DNA of 64,000 bases from Hydrolagus colliei (lineage: Eukaryota), in the NCBI GenBank assembly GCA_035084275.1, contig CM068742.1, forward strand, positions 126,480,001 to 126,544,000, read 5' to 3'. Below are positions 11,851-25,160 of the stretch, piece by piece. A program made the translations under genes and the position numbers. The notes beneath the pieces are model-generated. The model made no database searches. It had not been told where the DNA came from and saw nothing but the letters and a program-made list of their open reading frames with translations. The first letter of the stretch is position 1; the number at the start of each line of letters is the position of its first letter.

Positions 11851-12530
11851 TGTTGGGATCCTCAAATTTTTTTCAATGGAAAGCAATTTTAGTAGTAAGC
11901 TGCTTTAAGCACAAATGATACTCAGCTGTGCATATCCCCAAAGTAATCACAAGTGCTGGTATTGCTCCTTAATTATTCTTTGTGATAATAATAAATATAT
12001 GTCACCCATAGACAAATGTGTGAGGGTTTAGGCATGTGCAATGACTGAAATGATGAGGAAACCCTTGTTGTTTCCTCTCCTTCCTGAGTCATCTCATTAA
12101 GTGATCTCTGGAGTCTGAATTCAGTAAATCTAAACCATTTCATTAGCTGTATTGAATTGTGAGCTAAGCAAATACACCATGCTCTTAGATATTTATAACA
12201 CAATATAAGAAGGGAGGCTTTCTGGAGTTACATGTGAAATCTGAAGTTTATTGGACCAAATGAGAATGTTTTCATACTTAAAATGCAGCAGATTGTATAA
12301 TTTACTTAAGCAGTACAAATATCCAGTTTAATGATAGACGGATATAAGACAAACAACCTTAATCATGCTACACTGACAAATTTTATTAGATGATTAAAAA
12401 AAAAATTTAAAGATAGCTTTTTATCCTTGGCTAAGATTATTAGAGGGTTACTATGAGTTGTGTTCTCCATGGCATTCAGGCTGGTCATATACAATATATA
12501 TTATCACAGCCGAGCCTGATCTACTCATCC

Positions 12531-12835
12531 TGGAGCTCTTGCAGCTCAGTGGTTAGAGCACTCGCCTTACAGTGCGCCTCGTGAGACCTATGTTTGAATC
12601 CAGACGGATCAGGGCAAAACCTTGAGCGAGTTTCCTTACTCCACGTGCCTAATAATAATCCGTCCAGAAAATACAACAATAATAAAAATTGGGCATTTTC
12701 AATCTACAACTGTTGTGGAACACTGCTGTGTGCAATTGGTTGCCATGTTTTGCCCACAAATATACAGTCAATTCACTTTACAGTATATTCTGCAAAGTGC
12801 TTTGAGACGTCGATAAGTGATTTTTATAAACTGCA
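12531..12835 (+). mobile_element. tRNA-headed SINE, short subfamily
   Basis: ggagctcttgcagctcagtggttagagcactcgcc...gctttgagacgtc. Confidence 0.9.
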
Positions 12836-13879
12836 GCTATAACTGTTTCACCATTGTGTCTGTTCTCGATATAACATCTTCTAGCATTTCTCACAAGGCT
12901 TACAAGAAGGCTTGTCTGTCACCTGATAAGATACCCTTCATGCACACCTGCCTTTCTCTTGCAAACCTTTTGCTGACATTTCTGGGATTTATAATTGTTA
13001 CATGTAAATAATAATCCCAATTTGCTGAATATCACACAGAGAGAACTTATTGTATTTTCAATCTAATATTTGGGACAGATCACCTCTCTCCCTCCTCCTC
13101 CTTATGCAGAATCATACTCCTGCCATTATTTTCTCAGCTCGATCGTACCATTCTTTTTCATTGTGAGTGAATTCGTAATTTAAATTGTAGCCAATGGATT
13201 TTTTTTAACTTAACCAAATCATTTGCATAATCTTATCTCTGAAAGTGTTTGGATGAATCATTTCCTTGGCATAAAAAACAACTGTTAATCAAACAATGTG
13301 AAGCCAAATGATTGCAAATTCTACCCAGGTGATAGTAATCTCATATTTTTTAATTTTCAAGCAGTGAATATATCAGAACATGAGTAACCGTACACTGAAT
13401 ATTCATTTCAGATGCCAAGCAAGTCAGGTTTAAAGATTAGGAATGGTTGATAGGTAGTGTGTCAGTAATGGTCATTTTAAACTCATTCAAATCCCTCACT
13501 TCCTAACACCTCCCTATCCTCCAACCTACTTGTACCCAACTCCTCTGACCAGCTAATACAGATCAGCTAAGTGCTCCTGGCTTCATTGCGCCACCATCAG
13601 CCACTTTCAGCCACTATGTCCCTAAACTCTGGAAACACTTGCTTCAATCTCTCCACCTCACCTCCCCTTTCATCTATCATTAAATTCCATATCACCGTTC
13701 TACCTGCGAGTTTAACTCAACAGGCACAGGCCTGCCACTGCCTCAGCCTCTATCCCAAATTCTCTGAAATTTTCTGTTGGGTGCCAATCCAGGGAATGAC
13801 AACCACAACAACAAAATTAAATTCATAGAGCACCTTTCACCTCGGGAGGTCATCCCAAGGTGCTGAAGTGTAAGACTCG

Positions 13880-14020
13880 AAACACACACACCCAAACAAC
13901 ATAGACACAAACATTTAGAGTTGCAGAAATGCCCACGCTCAGAGGCAGTTAGAGAGGCATGCATGAATGCACGTGCACAAAGACACACAGAAACTCACAC
14001 ACATACTCACAGTTACCCAC
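13880..14020. repeat. Degenerate (CA)n-rich low-complexity tract
   Basis: acacacacaca...acacacagaaactcacacacatactcac. Confidence 0.6.
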
Positions 14021-17000
14021 CCTATCTACAGGGCTGACTTCAAACAGTGTGTATATTAGCCTGTCTACTGTGAAGATTTTGGGCACTCAGTGCTGAATGC
14101 TTTCAATTAAAATTAATAAATCGATTAAAATGCAGCTTTTAGCTCCATTTAAAATACATTATGACTACAGCTAATGCCTGCAGCTGCTTCCTAATAAATA
14201 GGAGTGTTTCTGTTTCAATGTCCGGTATAAGTATGCTCCAAGTATCTTCAAATTACTCTTACATCATTACATCTTCTTCCACACAGTGTCTGCAATTAAA
14301 TTCTGATTTCATGATTGAAACAAATTACAGTAGTTTGTAATGTAGGATTGCAGCACCTGGAAATGTCCCATCAATGTTCAAAGCAGAGAGTTGGAAATTA
14401 TGGATGTGGGGATTTAAAAAGGCTATAAAAAATGACTTTGTCTACCTGGCGAATAGGATATCATTTAGGTGTACATTTTTCAAGGTCCAATATCCATAGA
14501 ATGATTGTTAAAATAAATTCTGCAAGAACAAGTTTGGAAAGATTGAGCATATCACAAAGGAATGGAGTCCATTCAAAGCTGCTAATATATTTTGCTGCCT
14601 ACTCTTTATTATTGAAAATGAATGGTCCCCAGCTGTAACATGATCCTCATTGTGCAGTGAGTTTGAGATATTTCTCACACACCGGGTTGCAGCTGAGATA
14701 TACTATAAATGGAAATAACCCTAGGCCTGTCACAAATATAAATACACATTTGCTGACACAATCTGCTTCCTTGGGTGGCATAACCAATTACACTTAAATC
14801 GTCAGATCACCTGGATTGGTTCACTCCTTCCTTGGAACTTGTTCAATTCTTTCAATCATTTCAATCATTGTTCCAAGCCTGAAAGATCATAGAACAAAAG
14901 ATAAGATCACACAGACTCAGGCTGAATCTGACAGGTCCTCATTCAATGTTGTGCTTGTGGACATGTGTCAGCCTGGCTCAGTGGTAGCACTCTCCCTTTG
15001 AGTCAGAAGTTTGTGGGTTCAATCCTGTTATCAGGACATGCAATATTTTCCTTCTCTGGTTCAAGAAGAAGGCAGTAAAGCTAATTCCCAATTTTGAAAC
15101 AATGAACTTTTAGAAACATATAGTTTCATACATTCTATGAATCCTCAGAAACAGATCATTTGTCCCTAATAATCCATGCCAGTGTTCATATTCCCACAAG
15201 AGAACTCACCGCTCCCTCCTATTCCTTTATGAGGTTACACAGAATTAATGTTTAGTCGCAAAAAGACTGACATTTCTTGGCATTTGCAGATTTGGTGATG
15301 GGCATTTTCTACCAATATTTTCCCCTTTTGTATAAATTTCATAATTAATCCTATTATTCAAGGAAGATGGTGGTAATGGGTGCCAGAATCTGGCTATGAT
15401 GGCAATATAAAGAAACATATCTTATGCATGTACTCAGTTTGTGCTGGAATAAAATAACTTACTATTAAATGAAGCAACAGTCATCTCTCCTATTCGTGTA
15501 AGGAAAGGAACTTAAGGTTCTCAATTATGGTCATCACATTGATTCTTGCTTTGAGAAATGTGTAGCACAGAAACTGATTTGCGACACATTATTTCTGCTA
15601 CATCTGCTTTACGAATGGACATTTTCAAAATCATCATCTCTGATTGCTGATGATACATGGTTATGCATGCATGCTTGATGAGATGAATTTACTTCCTCCT
15701 GCCCCCACAGCCTTGGCACAGTGCTAGTCTGAGAGAATCTATGTTCTAATTTAGGACTTCATTTCTCTCAACATGACAGAGTCATTATCATGAAACCACC
15801 TGCACTTGGAAGGTATAGTGATTACTTGTCCCTGCCTTAGTCTCTGTTTCAGTAGTGTTTTGGATCCGTTTGGAACACCTTGACTTTTGGCTTTTTTACC
15901 CGCAATCCACTTTACATGATATTCTGAGAAGCTCTTTGACACTTTATGAAGATGTAATAAGGCACTATATCAAATGCAAGAATAATTTTGTAAAATACTG
16001 AGAGTCTTAATATGTCAACACTTAACATGTTAATGCCTGTGTGCCTTGGTATATCTGCTCGTCAATGGAATTGCAACCAAGGAAATGGGGCAGAATAACC
16101 CCATTATACTTGGGTTGAATTGTTGGTTGACTTTACACATAGAAGTACTGATAATATCAGCTGCTGATGGGATATCCCTTTCATAATTGCACATCGCCAA
16201 ATGCTCTACTTATATGGCTAAAACAAACATCCGCTCAACAATTTGCACCATTAGCACTAACTTTATTAGAAGGCACCACATCACATACTGCCAGTATTGG
16301 GCGCAGTGGAATAAATATTACAGAGATTGAGTGATAAATGAATTAGTGCAAATGAACAAAGGGAGAATTAGATAAGACCTCCGTGCAGGGAGGTGGCTCT
16401 GTTCAGTGTATATTCAACCTAAGGGGTATATGAGAGTTCAGTGACAATGCAATGAAAAGGAATGCCAAAGCTTTCTCTCAGGTTAAATTTATTTATGCTG
16501 GGTAGTGTAGATAGTGTTAATAGAAATCAACATATAGGGTATGTGAAATCACATGACCAGTTAGTAGGGACATGTTGATGAAGATGTTATCAATGGAGAG
16601 TTCCATGTACAGGCCATTGATCACTGTGCTTATAGGAGAAGTACAGCATTACTGTAGTATCACTGACTAAGATGGGTGTACAGTTGTACGCATAGCCTTT
16701 TCTATACCAGCCTCTCAGCTGGAAATAAAATCGCAAATATACCAGAAGAAAGAGTCGTTGCAGCCTGACCACTTAGCAGTCACAAAACTTTCTACAAAGC
16801 AATAAATTATTGAGATTACAACTCCTGAACTTGTTCTGCCAAGCCTTTTGTTTTAACAGTGTATTAAAGAACCTTTCTTAATTCCACTTTAATAATGTAT
16901 TGAATGTAATTGTTTGTTACGGAAATGCACATCAGCTAAATGAAATGCAGAGAAAACATTTGACAAGATACATAAATTCAATTACTTTAGTTTAGTTTAG

Positions 17001-17452
17001 GGAAAACATTGCACAATTATTTTCCGGTGCAACTTTCTTCTAACCTCCAGTAGATTCAATGCATGTACATTTTGTGCCTTTTCCTCCATTAGCTCATTTT
17101 ATTTGGGTAACCTAGCATCTGGCACATGCAAAAGCCCATCACCATGCTTAAGTGTATACAAACCAAACTCACAGTTCCACATATGTGTGCTACCACACAG
17201 AAATTTCCATGTGCTTGGAATGGTATGTACATTATCTGGAGGAACAATGTTTACTTCATTCCAAGTATTTGAATCAGGTTGGCAGACCCAAGATATGGGA
17301 TTCCTTTCCCTGATGACTAGTCTACCTTTCCAAGTCCTGCCAATTAGCTACTAAATACTATTATCTGTCAGAAGGCAGGCTGCTAGTAATAATAATAATA
17401 ACTATTATTATTATTGGTGGACTGCCTTCTGACAGTTAGTTGCCAGAGGTCT

Positions 17453-17840
17453 GTGGAGATCTGTAGCTGAGTGGTTGGAGCGCTTGACTCACAAGCGAGA
17501 GGACCTGGGTTTGATTCCCGGGCAGGGCAAGATGTTGGGCACATTTTCTTACTCTATACACCGCTATTTACCTAGCAGTAAATAGGAACTCAATTGTTAG
17601 TCGATTGGAGGATTGCTTTTCCGGGTATACTAATCCCTTCAAAACAAAAATAAATTTAATTTTTTTTTAAATGGAGTTGCTCAATACACAAATGTTTGTG
17701 GCACACTGCTTAATTGGCTGCTGCATTTCGCCCACAAAATATATAATCAATTCATGTTACAACATATTCTGTCAAGTCTTTGAAATTTTGTCTCAAAGAT
17801 GTGATAAGGTATTATATCAAATGAAAAGATTATAGTTATT
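17453..17840 (+). mobile_element. tRNA-headed SINE, long subfamily
   Basis: Same head and tail as the short SINE plus an extra central segment ctatttacctagcagtaaataggaac...ttttccggg. Confidence 0.85.
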
Positions 17841-20800
17841 GCTAGTCATTTCACCTTGGAGCCACTTTAGTTTGTCATACGTACAATCAGTTCATGTTCA
17901 ATTTTCTTACTGACCCCAACCTGCAGCTAAATAATGGAACATAATAAAAATAGAGAAGCACTATATTTTGTGTTTTCAGTATTCGAGTGTCCAAGGCTTT
18001 GGGACACCTTCCCAACATGAAAAGCATTATAGAAAGGTAATTTCTAGTTGTTGTGGTTGTCCATTTTGAGGAATTAAATTATAGGAAAGACTATGTAATT
18101 AGGATTACAATCATGATTGACCGACACAATCCACAGTCACTCCATTTTGCAGTGAATCCTATGAAGAACTTTTAGATGTCTTCCTATTGTGAAGGTGTTA
18201 AATCAAATGTAAGGTATTATTTTACTTTATGTAAAATGGGGTATGTTCACGACTCAAAAGATGAGCTCCCAGGCATGATGATCTTTTGTGTTAAAATTTC
18301 AAAGAAGCTAAACATGTCTTGCCTTGATGTGATAATTACCGCTGGTAGCAAACGGTTTGACCCCAATTTTTAGCAATGTGAAAAAAATCAGCAATGGTAA
18401 TTATCACGTTATATTTTTTCATCCCTTAACTTTTTTTAAAAAAATCTGTGATTGGTTATTGCAACCCCCATCCCAACCTGTTAAGATGCTTTGCTTCAGT
18501 ATTTGAATTTTGTTTTGATATATACATGTGGGTGGTCACTGGTACTTAGCTGTAGGGAATCTAAAAAAATTGCATTAGTAATTTTAGCCATTAGCAATCA
18601 TTAATATTGGTGATTTGATCATATTGCTGAAATTTGTGGTTATGTCATTTGCCATCAATAATAATTATCACATTGAGGAATGATATTTTATGCCTCATTG
18701 AAATTTCAATATTTAAGTCATGATCTAGTAGAATGGTCGAACAAGCTTAAGGTGCTAAATGGCCTACTCTTGTACCTGCTCGGGTCCCTACCTAATTGTT
18801 CAGCACCTTGGGACATCCTCCCGACGTGAAAGGTGCTCTATAAATGTAATTTTGTTGTTGTTGTTGTTGATTCTATAATGGATATACAGTCATAGGTGAT
18901 GAATTGCGCATTTGTATGAATACAATCTAATACATGCAATAGGTTGCGTGGTATGTGCTTATTGTGCAAATCTCTTTTCCAAAATGTATAATGTGGGTTA
19001 GGCTCAACTTTTATTATGGGTCAACTTTACATTTAGCAAATGTTCTAACTGTTACACAAAAGAGGGTTCCTGCTGGGTCTACTTATCATGTGGATCATGT
19101 TTCAGCCAATGGCCCCTCAGGCACTGCTTCAGTTGCTCCTTATGGTTGAAGGGAAAGTGAATGAATATTGGTCTGTGATTTTCTCAGAACAGCGGCATGC
19201 AGCTGGTTGATCGATTGGTCCCTTTATCCACAGCAGGTGCCTAGAATGTATTTGTGCCACAGAACTTTCAAGCCACAGGGAAACTGGCACAGCAGCCTTG
19301 TGCTGAAATTTGAATTTTGTATCAGGTCAAATCACATAGGATATGTTCACGACTGCTTCGCCAGTCATTTAATTACACTGCTCCCCCTATTCTGCCGATA
19401 TGTTCTAAATATAGCTTTTGATGCTTCTGCCATCATGATACAGCATTATCGTTGTTGTGCATCCATACAGAACCTGCAAGTTTTTCCATCTCCCACGTTA
19501 ACCATGCTGTTTAAGGCTGCTAATGTAACAGCTATCATGGCTGAATTCTTGCAGAGCTATGCTGGTGATTTGTACCAACTAGTAATTGAATTGGCTCCAT
19601 CACTTAGGGCCACACAGTCATCACACAGAGAGAGAGAGAGAAAAGAGCAAGAGACAGTGAGGAGTATTGCATCCTGTCACTACGAGTTGCATTCAAACCC
19701 CAGTCCCCGAGGAGAAAATATAGTTGTGGAAATTGTAATGTGTAAATTGACATCAATAGCCCTAATTAACGCATCATTTGCAAAAAAAACTTATTGTAAT
19801 GAACAAATCAACTGGTCCCCAGTGAGCTATAGGATGGTGCATTCTTTCTCAACACCAATGACAATGGCTGTGTACCAGAGACTTTGTGCGGCTGGCTCAA
19901 ATATGCTGTTGCATTGGCTGACAAATACACAGTCATTATAATTCATAGTAATTGCTGTGCTTCGAGACATCTCAACAATGTGAAAAGACGATATATCAAA
20001 TGCAAAGTTATTTTTATTATTGGACTGATGGTTAGTCGGTTAACGTGGGATACCATAGGATTAACAAGATAAAACATTCAATGCGTTGAATATTATAACT
20101 TCATCAAGTTTAATACATTTGATAATTTAGCACATCACAATTGTACCCATTGTGCCACCACCACTAGGAAACTGCACAGCCACTTCCTCTCTAATAATTC
20201 TTCAACCACTATAAGAAATGCTGCTATCAAGGTTTTAATAAAGTTGTTTTTGCTTGTTGGTGAATGCACAAGGTGGGCAAGAATAATATAAAATAGCTAG
20301 TGACAGATCTACTTGCTTCTAGAAGCTGTGGTTGAAGCAATAGTTTTAATATAGTTAAGAAGAAATTTGATGTATCATTGAGGAGGAGGGCAGGGTGGAA
20401 GCTGATATGGAGTATATACACTGATATGGACATACTGAGCTGAATGGCCTGTTTCTGTGCTGTATTATTCTTTGTAATTCTAAATGACAATTCTATATGA
20501 ACGTGCTCTTATCCATCCGTCTATATAATTCACATCTCTAGCCATGAATACGTTCCATGGCACTTAAAAATGTGCATCCATCTTACTGTGCGCTGTACCT
20601 ACATAATATTAAATAATACCATTTACTTTTAGGTTCAATAGCAATTATAATTCATGTGGAACAATGAATAACGTCTTAATTTTATGTAAAATAGCTTTGC
20701 ACTGGAGGGCAGCAACAGCACCAGCTTTTCATATGAACTATGTCCCAATTTGAGTTTAGTTGCATGCATGAGTGTTGGTATGGTAATTGCAAAATCAGGC

Positions 20801-20914
20801 AGTTTGCTTTTGGCAAACTGGAAAGAATGAAATTGAAGCTGAATTTTGAATGAAGCAATGTAGTGAAGAATTTCAGCCACTTGGAGTTAAAAAAGACAGA
20901 GATGCGGAACATAA

Positions 20915-21335
20915 TAAACTAGGGCTGTATTCTCTAGAGTACAGAAGAATTAGGGGGGATCTTATTGAAACATATAAGATTCTTAAAGGGCTAGATAAAG
21001 TAGACACTGGGGGACTGTTTCCCCTGGTAGGAGAATCTATAACTAGGGGTCACAGTCTTAAAATTAAGGGTCAGCCTTTTAGAAGAGTTGAGGAAACATT
21101 TCTTCACTCAGAGGGTAGTGAATTTATGGAATTCACTACCCCAGAAGGCTGTATGATGCTCAGTCCTTGAACATTTTCAAGGCTGAGACTGATAGATTTT
21201 TGAAAAATAGAGGGATTAGGGGATATGGGTTTAGGGCAGGTAATCAGAGTTAGGTGAGAAGAGCAGCCATGATCTTATTGAATGGCAGAGCAGGCTCGAA
21301 GGGCCGAATGGTCTACTCCTGCTCCTAATTCTAAA
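20915..21335 (+). mobile_element. CR1 LINE 3' end
   Basis: LGLYSLEYRRIRGDLIETYKILKG...TRGHSLKI; 3' UTR gcaggctcgaagggccgaatggtctactcctgctcctaattc. Confidence 0.93.
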
Positions 21336-21609
21336 AAAAAATAATAAGTGAGACTGGCTTAGTTGGGAGTAGATTCACTTTGGAATCAGAAGATTGTTGC
21401 TGCAAAATTTACTTCTGGACTTGGTATCCATATAGCTTATGCTGACCGTCTAATGCAGTGCAGAGACATCAAACCAACGTCTCATCTGTCTGTTCAGGGG
21501 ATGTTAAAGATCTTTTGTAGTCCCTGAAGTCTGTACAAAATGAAAATGAGGTAAAACTCAGTAACCTGGCCATGAATGGCACTTCTATGGCTGTTTGTAG
21601 GACATCTCT

Positions 21610-21640
21610 ATAATAATAATAATAATAATAATAATAGTAG
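21610..21640. repeat. (TAA)n microsatellite
   Basis: taataataataataataataataatagtag. Confidence 0.9.
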
Positions 21641-21669
21641 TAAATAATTGCAGCATCAACTTCCATGGT

Positions 21670-22383
21670 TAATCACTCTACCTCACCGAATCAGTCAGGA
21701 ACCTAGGTGTCTTGTTCAATCCTCAACTCTCTTTTCTCCCCCATATCCAAGCAATGACTCCCTCTGCCTTCCCTCACCTCTCTAATATTGCTTGACTCCA
21801 CCAATACCTTACCCTCAAGGCTGCTGAAACCCTCATTCATGTTTTCATTACATCCCGGCCGGACCGCGCTTGTTGGCCTTCCCAATTCCACCCTCCACAG
21901 ATTGCAGATAATCCAGAGCTCTGCGGCCCATGCTCCATGACCCCATCTCCCTCATCCATGCCCGATTCTGCTGCTCCCCATCATTCAGAGAATCCAATTC
22001 AAGATCATGGTCCTCACATTCAAAGCCCTCCACAGCCTCGCTGCACCTTACAACCTCTACCAATTTGCCCGCGCCCCTCTGCTCAGCAGGCTCTGGCTTG
22101 CTCCATGTGCCCCGCCTCTGCATTGGTGGGTGAGCTTTTAGCTACTCTGCCCTCAACCTCTGGAACTCTATCCTGCAGTACCTCTGCCTTGCCCCCTCCC
22201 TGGCCTCCTTCAAATCTCACCTCAAGACCCTCTTCGATGGTGCCATCGGTCGACCCAAATCCCCCACTTTCCCTCCACCCTCTGTTTCCCCAGCTCGGAT
22301 TTGGAACAATGACTGTCCAGTGCCTTGGGATGTCCTCCTGACATGAAAGGCGCTATACATATGTAATTTTGTTGTTGTTGTTG
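21670..22383 (+). mobile_element. L2 LINE 3' portion
   Basis: L2 ORF2 C-terminal motifs with frameshifts; stem-loop and (ttg)n tail at 22320-22383. Confidence 0.9.
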
Positions 22384-22662
22384 TAATAATAATAATAATC
22401 CTTGCATTTGATATCGCGCTTTTCATGTCTCTAGATGTCTCAAAGCGCTTCACAGAATATAATGTAAAGTGAACTGACTATATATATGTGGGCGAAGCAC
22501 GACCGCCAATTGTGCACAGCTGTGTCCCACAAAGTCATAGATTGAAATAACCAATTCCTTCTTTTTTTAGGGATTATTATTAGGAGTGTGGAGTAAGGAA
22601 TCTTGTCCAAGGTTTTGCCCTGCCTCACGTAAGGCAAGTCCTCTAACCACTGAGTTACTCCA
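22384..22662 (-). mobile_element. tRNA-headed SINE, tail-to-tail with L2
   Basis: taataataatccttgcatttgatatcgcgc...ctctaaccactgag. Confidence 0.9.
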
Positions 22663-22860
22663 CCATGTTAGATCATGGTCATCTACATGATAAGGTGCTA
22701 TATCAAATATGAGGGTGATTATTATTTTATTATTCTTAATATAGCATTTCAGAGTGTGCAGAATTTGGCAACTTGTTTAATCTGATTTTTTACTTTAAAG
22801 CTTGCCGCATGTTTCGCCTTGCTGGAATCCAACCCAGGTTTCTTACGTGCGAGGTGAGTG

Positions 22861-23160
22861 CCCGAACCGCCCCACCATCGGAGGCCGGGCCTTCAGTTTC
22901 TCCGCTCCCACCCTGTGGAATTCCATCCCCCAATCCCTCCGCCTTGTTTCTTCCCTTTCCTCTTTCAAGGCCGGTTTGAAGACTTTCCTCTTCGACCGTG
23001 CCTTTTGTTCCCCCAAAATTATTCGACCTCCCCTACGTGTTTCACCCCTTCCCGAACACTCCCCTCCCAGCTCGGGTCACACGTCTCCTATGCAGCGCCT
23101 TGGGACGTCCTCCCGACGTGAAAGGCGCTTTATAAGTTTAAGTTGTTGTTGTTGTTGTTG
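22861..23160 (+). mobile_element. Young 5'-truncated L2 inserted in a SINE head
   Basis: PNRPTIGGRAFSFSAPTLWNSIPQSLR...; intact CpGs; (gtt)n tail; flanks rejoin as the SINE head gagtg|ttctaatcactgagctacaggactcc. Confidence 0.93.
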
Positions 23161-24667
23161 TTCTAATCACTGAGCTACAGGACTCCTTGGAAACTGCCAG
23201 ATGTCAAGAAAATGCTTTAGCTTACTTCTCGTACAAATTAAGAGCTGAGGGGAGAAATTTCCCCTCTATATTGTTGGTCTTCTCCGTTATTTTCTATCCT
23301 GTAGCTACAAAAGCCTAATTCTCACCTTTAACTCCTTTACCATTCAATATCACTGCAAACCTTCTGGAGCCTCTCTCTCCTGCTCACCCGAATGCTTAGC
23401 AAGCTGAGATCAGCAGTGTGTTCCTCCCTTTACCACCCAGCTGTGCCAAGATTCTCTAAAATTCCCCCCTTAACAACCATCACCATCTTTATTTAAAAGG
23501 CTCATGACAACTCTCCTCTTTGACTATACATACAGTCACCTTCCAACCACCCCACCCCCACCCCACTCGAACCCCAACTTGGAGTCTGACATTTTTTCTA
23601 AATGCAACATTGTTAACAGCAGAATTATTGAAGAGTTTTACAGATTTACAAAAAATATATGCTTCTACTATGTTTCCCCAATTTGAATACATGTGGAATA
23701 TTTTGTTATGTGTGAATGGTTTGCATTCATCATTAATTGAACCATGTCACATGCATTTCCTTATTGTACATTACATATTATATAATATTACTGTACCACT
23801 TGTGAGTAGCAATTTCTCACCAGTTGCAAAATGAATTATGGAGTTTGTTACCATCAGTACTGATAATTATGTGCTTACATAACCATTCTGTAGGGAGCAA
23901 AACTCATTTAAACTTTTAAGTAACGCAAGCTGCTGCTGTTTAATTCTCCCTTAAGACATTATCTTCAACAGTACTGAATTGAGGAAGGCATCACCAACAT
24001 AGAGCTCAAATCACTTGGTTTATCTCTTAATTCGCACTGGCAGTGATTTAAAGCTTCTTCTTTGGATTGTTCGGCTATGCAGGGACTCTTGATTGTTGCT
24101 GCTCTGATCTTCTCAGCTGTCATTCTTGCAGAAGTACTTGTTTAGCAAGAAAGAGAGCAGTAACAATGTTGAAATCGGTTAGTCCTAAGGGGCATGTTGA
24201 ACGTGCCATGTCAGGAACCTCTTGAAGTAATGATTTAATGACCCTTTGCTCTAGGCTCTGTTTAAAAGTCAGCTCACGTCTGACCATCGAAGGCGTGAGA
24301 TTCATGGTGTTATCTGGTCCAGGGTGAAGTTCATCTCTACACAAGGTCAGATAACAATCATACCGATGATCTTTATTTGTAATGTTATTTGTAATTGAAC
24401 CAGTATGTTTAACAGAAAGTGAAAAGTACCATGATTTTTTTTGAGAGAACATTGCAGATAACACAAAACACATCTGAGTTCTTTGTCTGTGGTATATGGC
24501 ATGGAATACTCCTTTAGTACAACAATGAATTTATATTGAATTATTGAGAACATTTGATACAGTGCCTTTCATTTTGGCAGGACTGTATATTCGTAGGCGA
24601 ACTTGGCAACCCATATGCGCTCCACAATGTCCCACAAACAGCAATGAGATGAATGATCTGAGAGTTT

Positions 24668-24955
24668 GGAGTACTGTAGCAAAGTGGTTAGAACGCTTAT
24701 GTCATAAGCGAGAGACCTGGGTCCAAATTCCCAGCAGGGCAAAACTTTGGATACTCCACACGCCTCTGTTTACCTAGCTTTAAGTAGGAACCCGGTTCTT
24801 AGTGAATTGGAAGATCACTTTTCCCGAGGATAATATTTCCTTCAAAAATGTAAACCCACAAAATATACAGTCAGTTTACTTTAAGGTATATTCTGTGCAG
24901 CGCTTTGAGATGTCTCAAAGATGTGATAAGGCATTGTATTAAATTCAAGGATTCT
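24668..24955 (+). mobile_element. tRNA-headed SINE, long subfamily
   Basis: ggagtactgtagcaaagtggttagaacgc...gcctctgtttacctagc...gcgctttgagatgtc. Confidence 0.85.
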
Positions 24956-24964
24956 TGTATATTA

Positions 24965-25160
24965 TTTGGCCTGGACACTGAAAAATACTCTTTATTTAAT
25001 GTTCACCTGACCACGTAGACGGGACCTCAGATTAAATACGTTATCTAAAGGACAGCACCTCCAACAATACAGCACATCCCCTGCACTGTATTATCAATCT
25101 AGATTATATGAGTTCCAAGTTCTGACATGGGGCTTGAACCCACAATCTTCTGATTCAGAT
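24965..25160 (-). mobile_element. Old DeuSINE/SacSINE-like fragment
   Basis: ggccTggacac...gacgggacctcag...ggcttgaacccacaatcttctgattcag is the reverse complement of a tRNA head plus Deu core. Confidence 0.6.
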
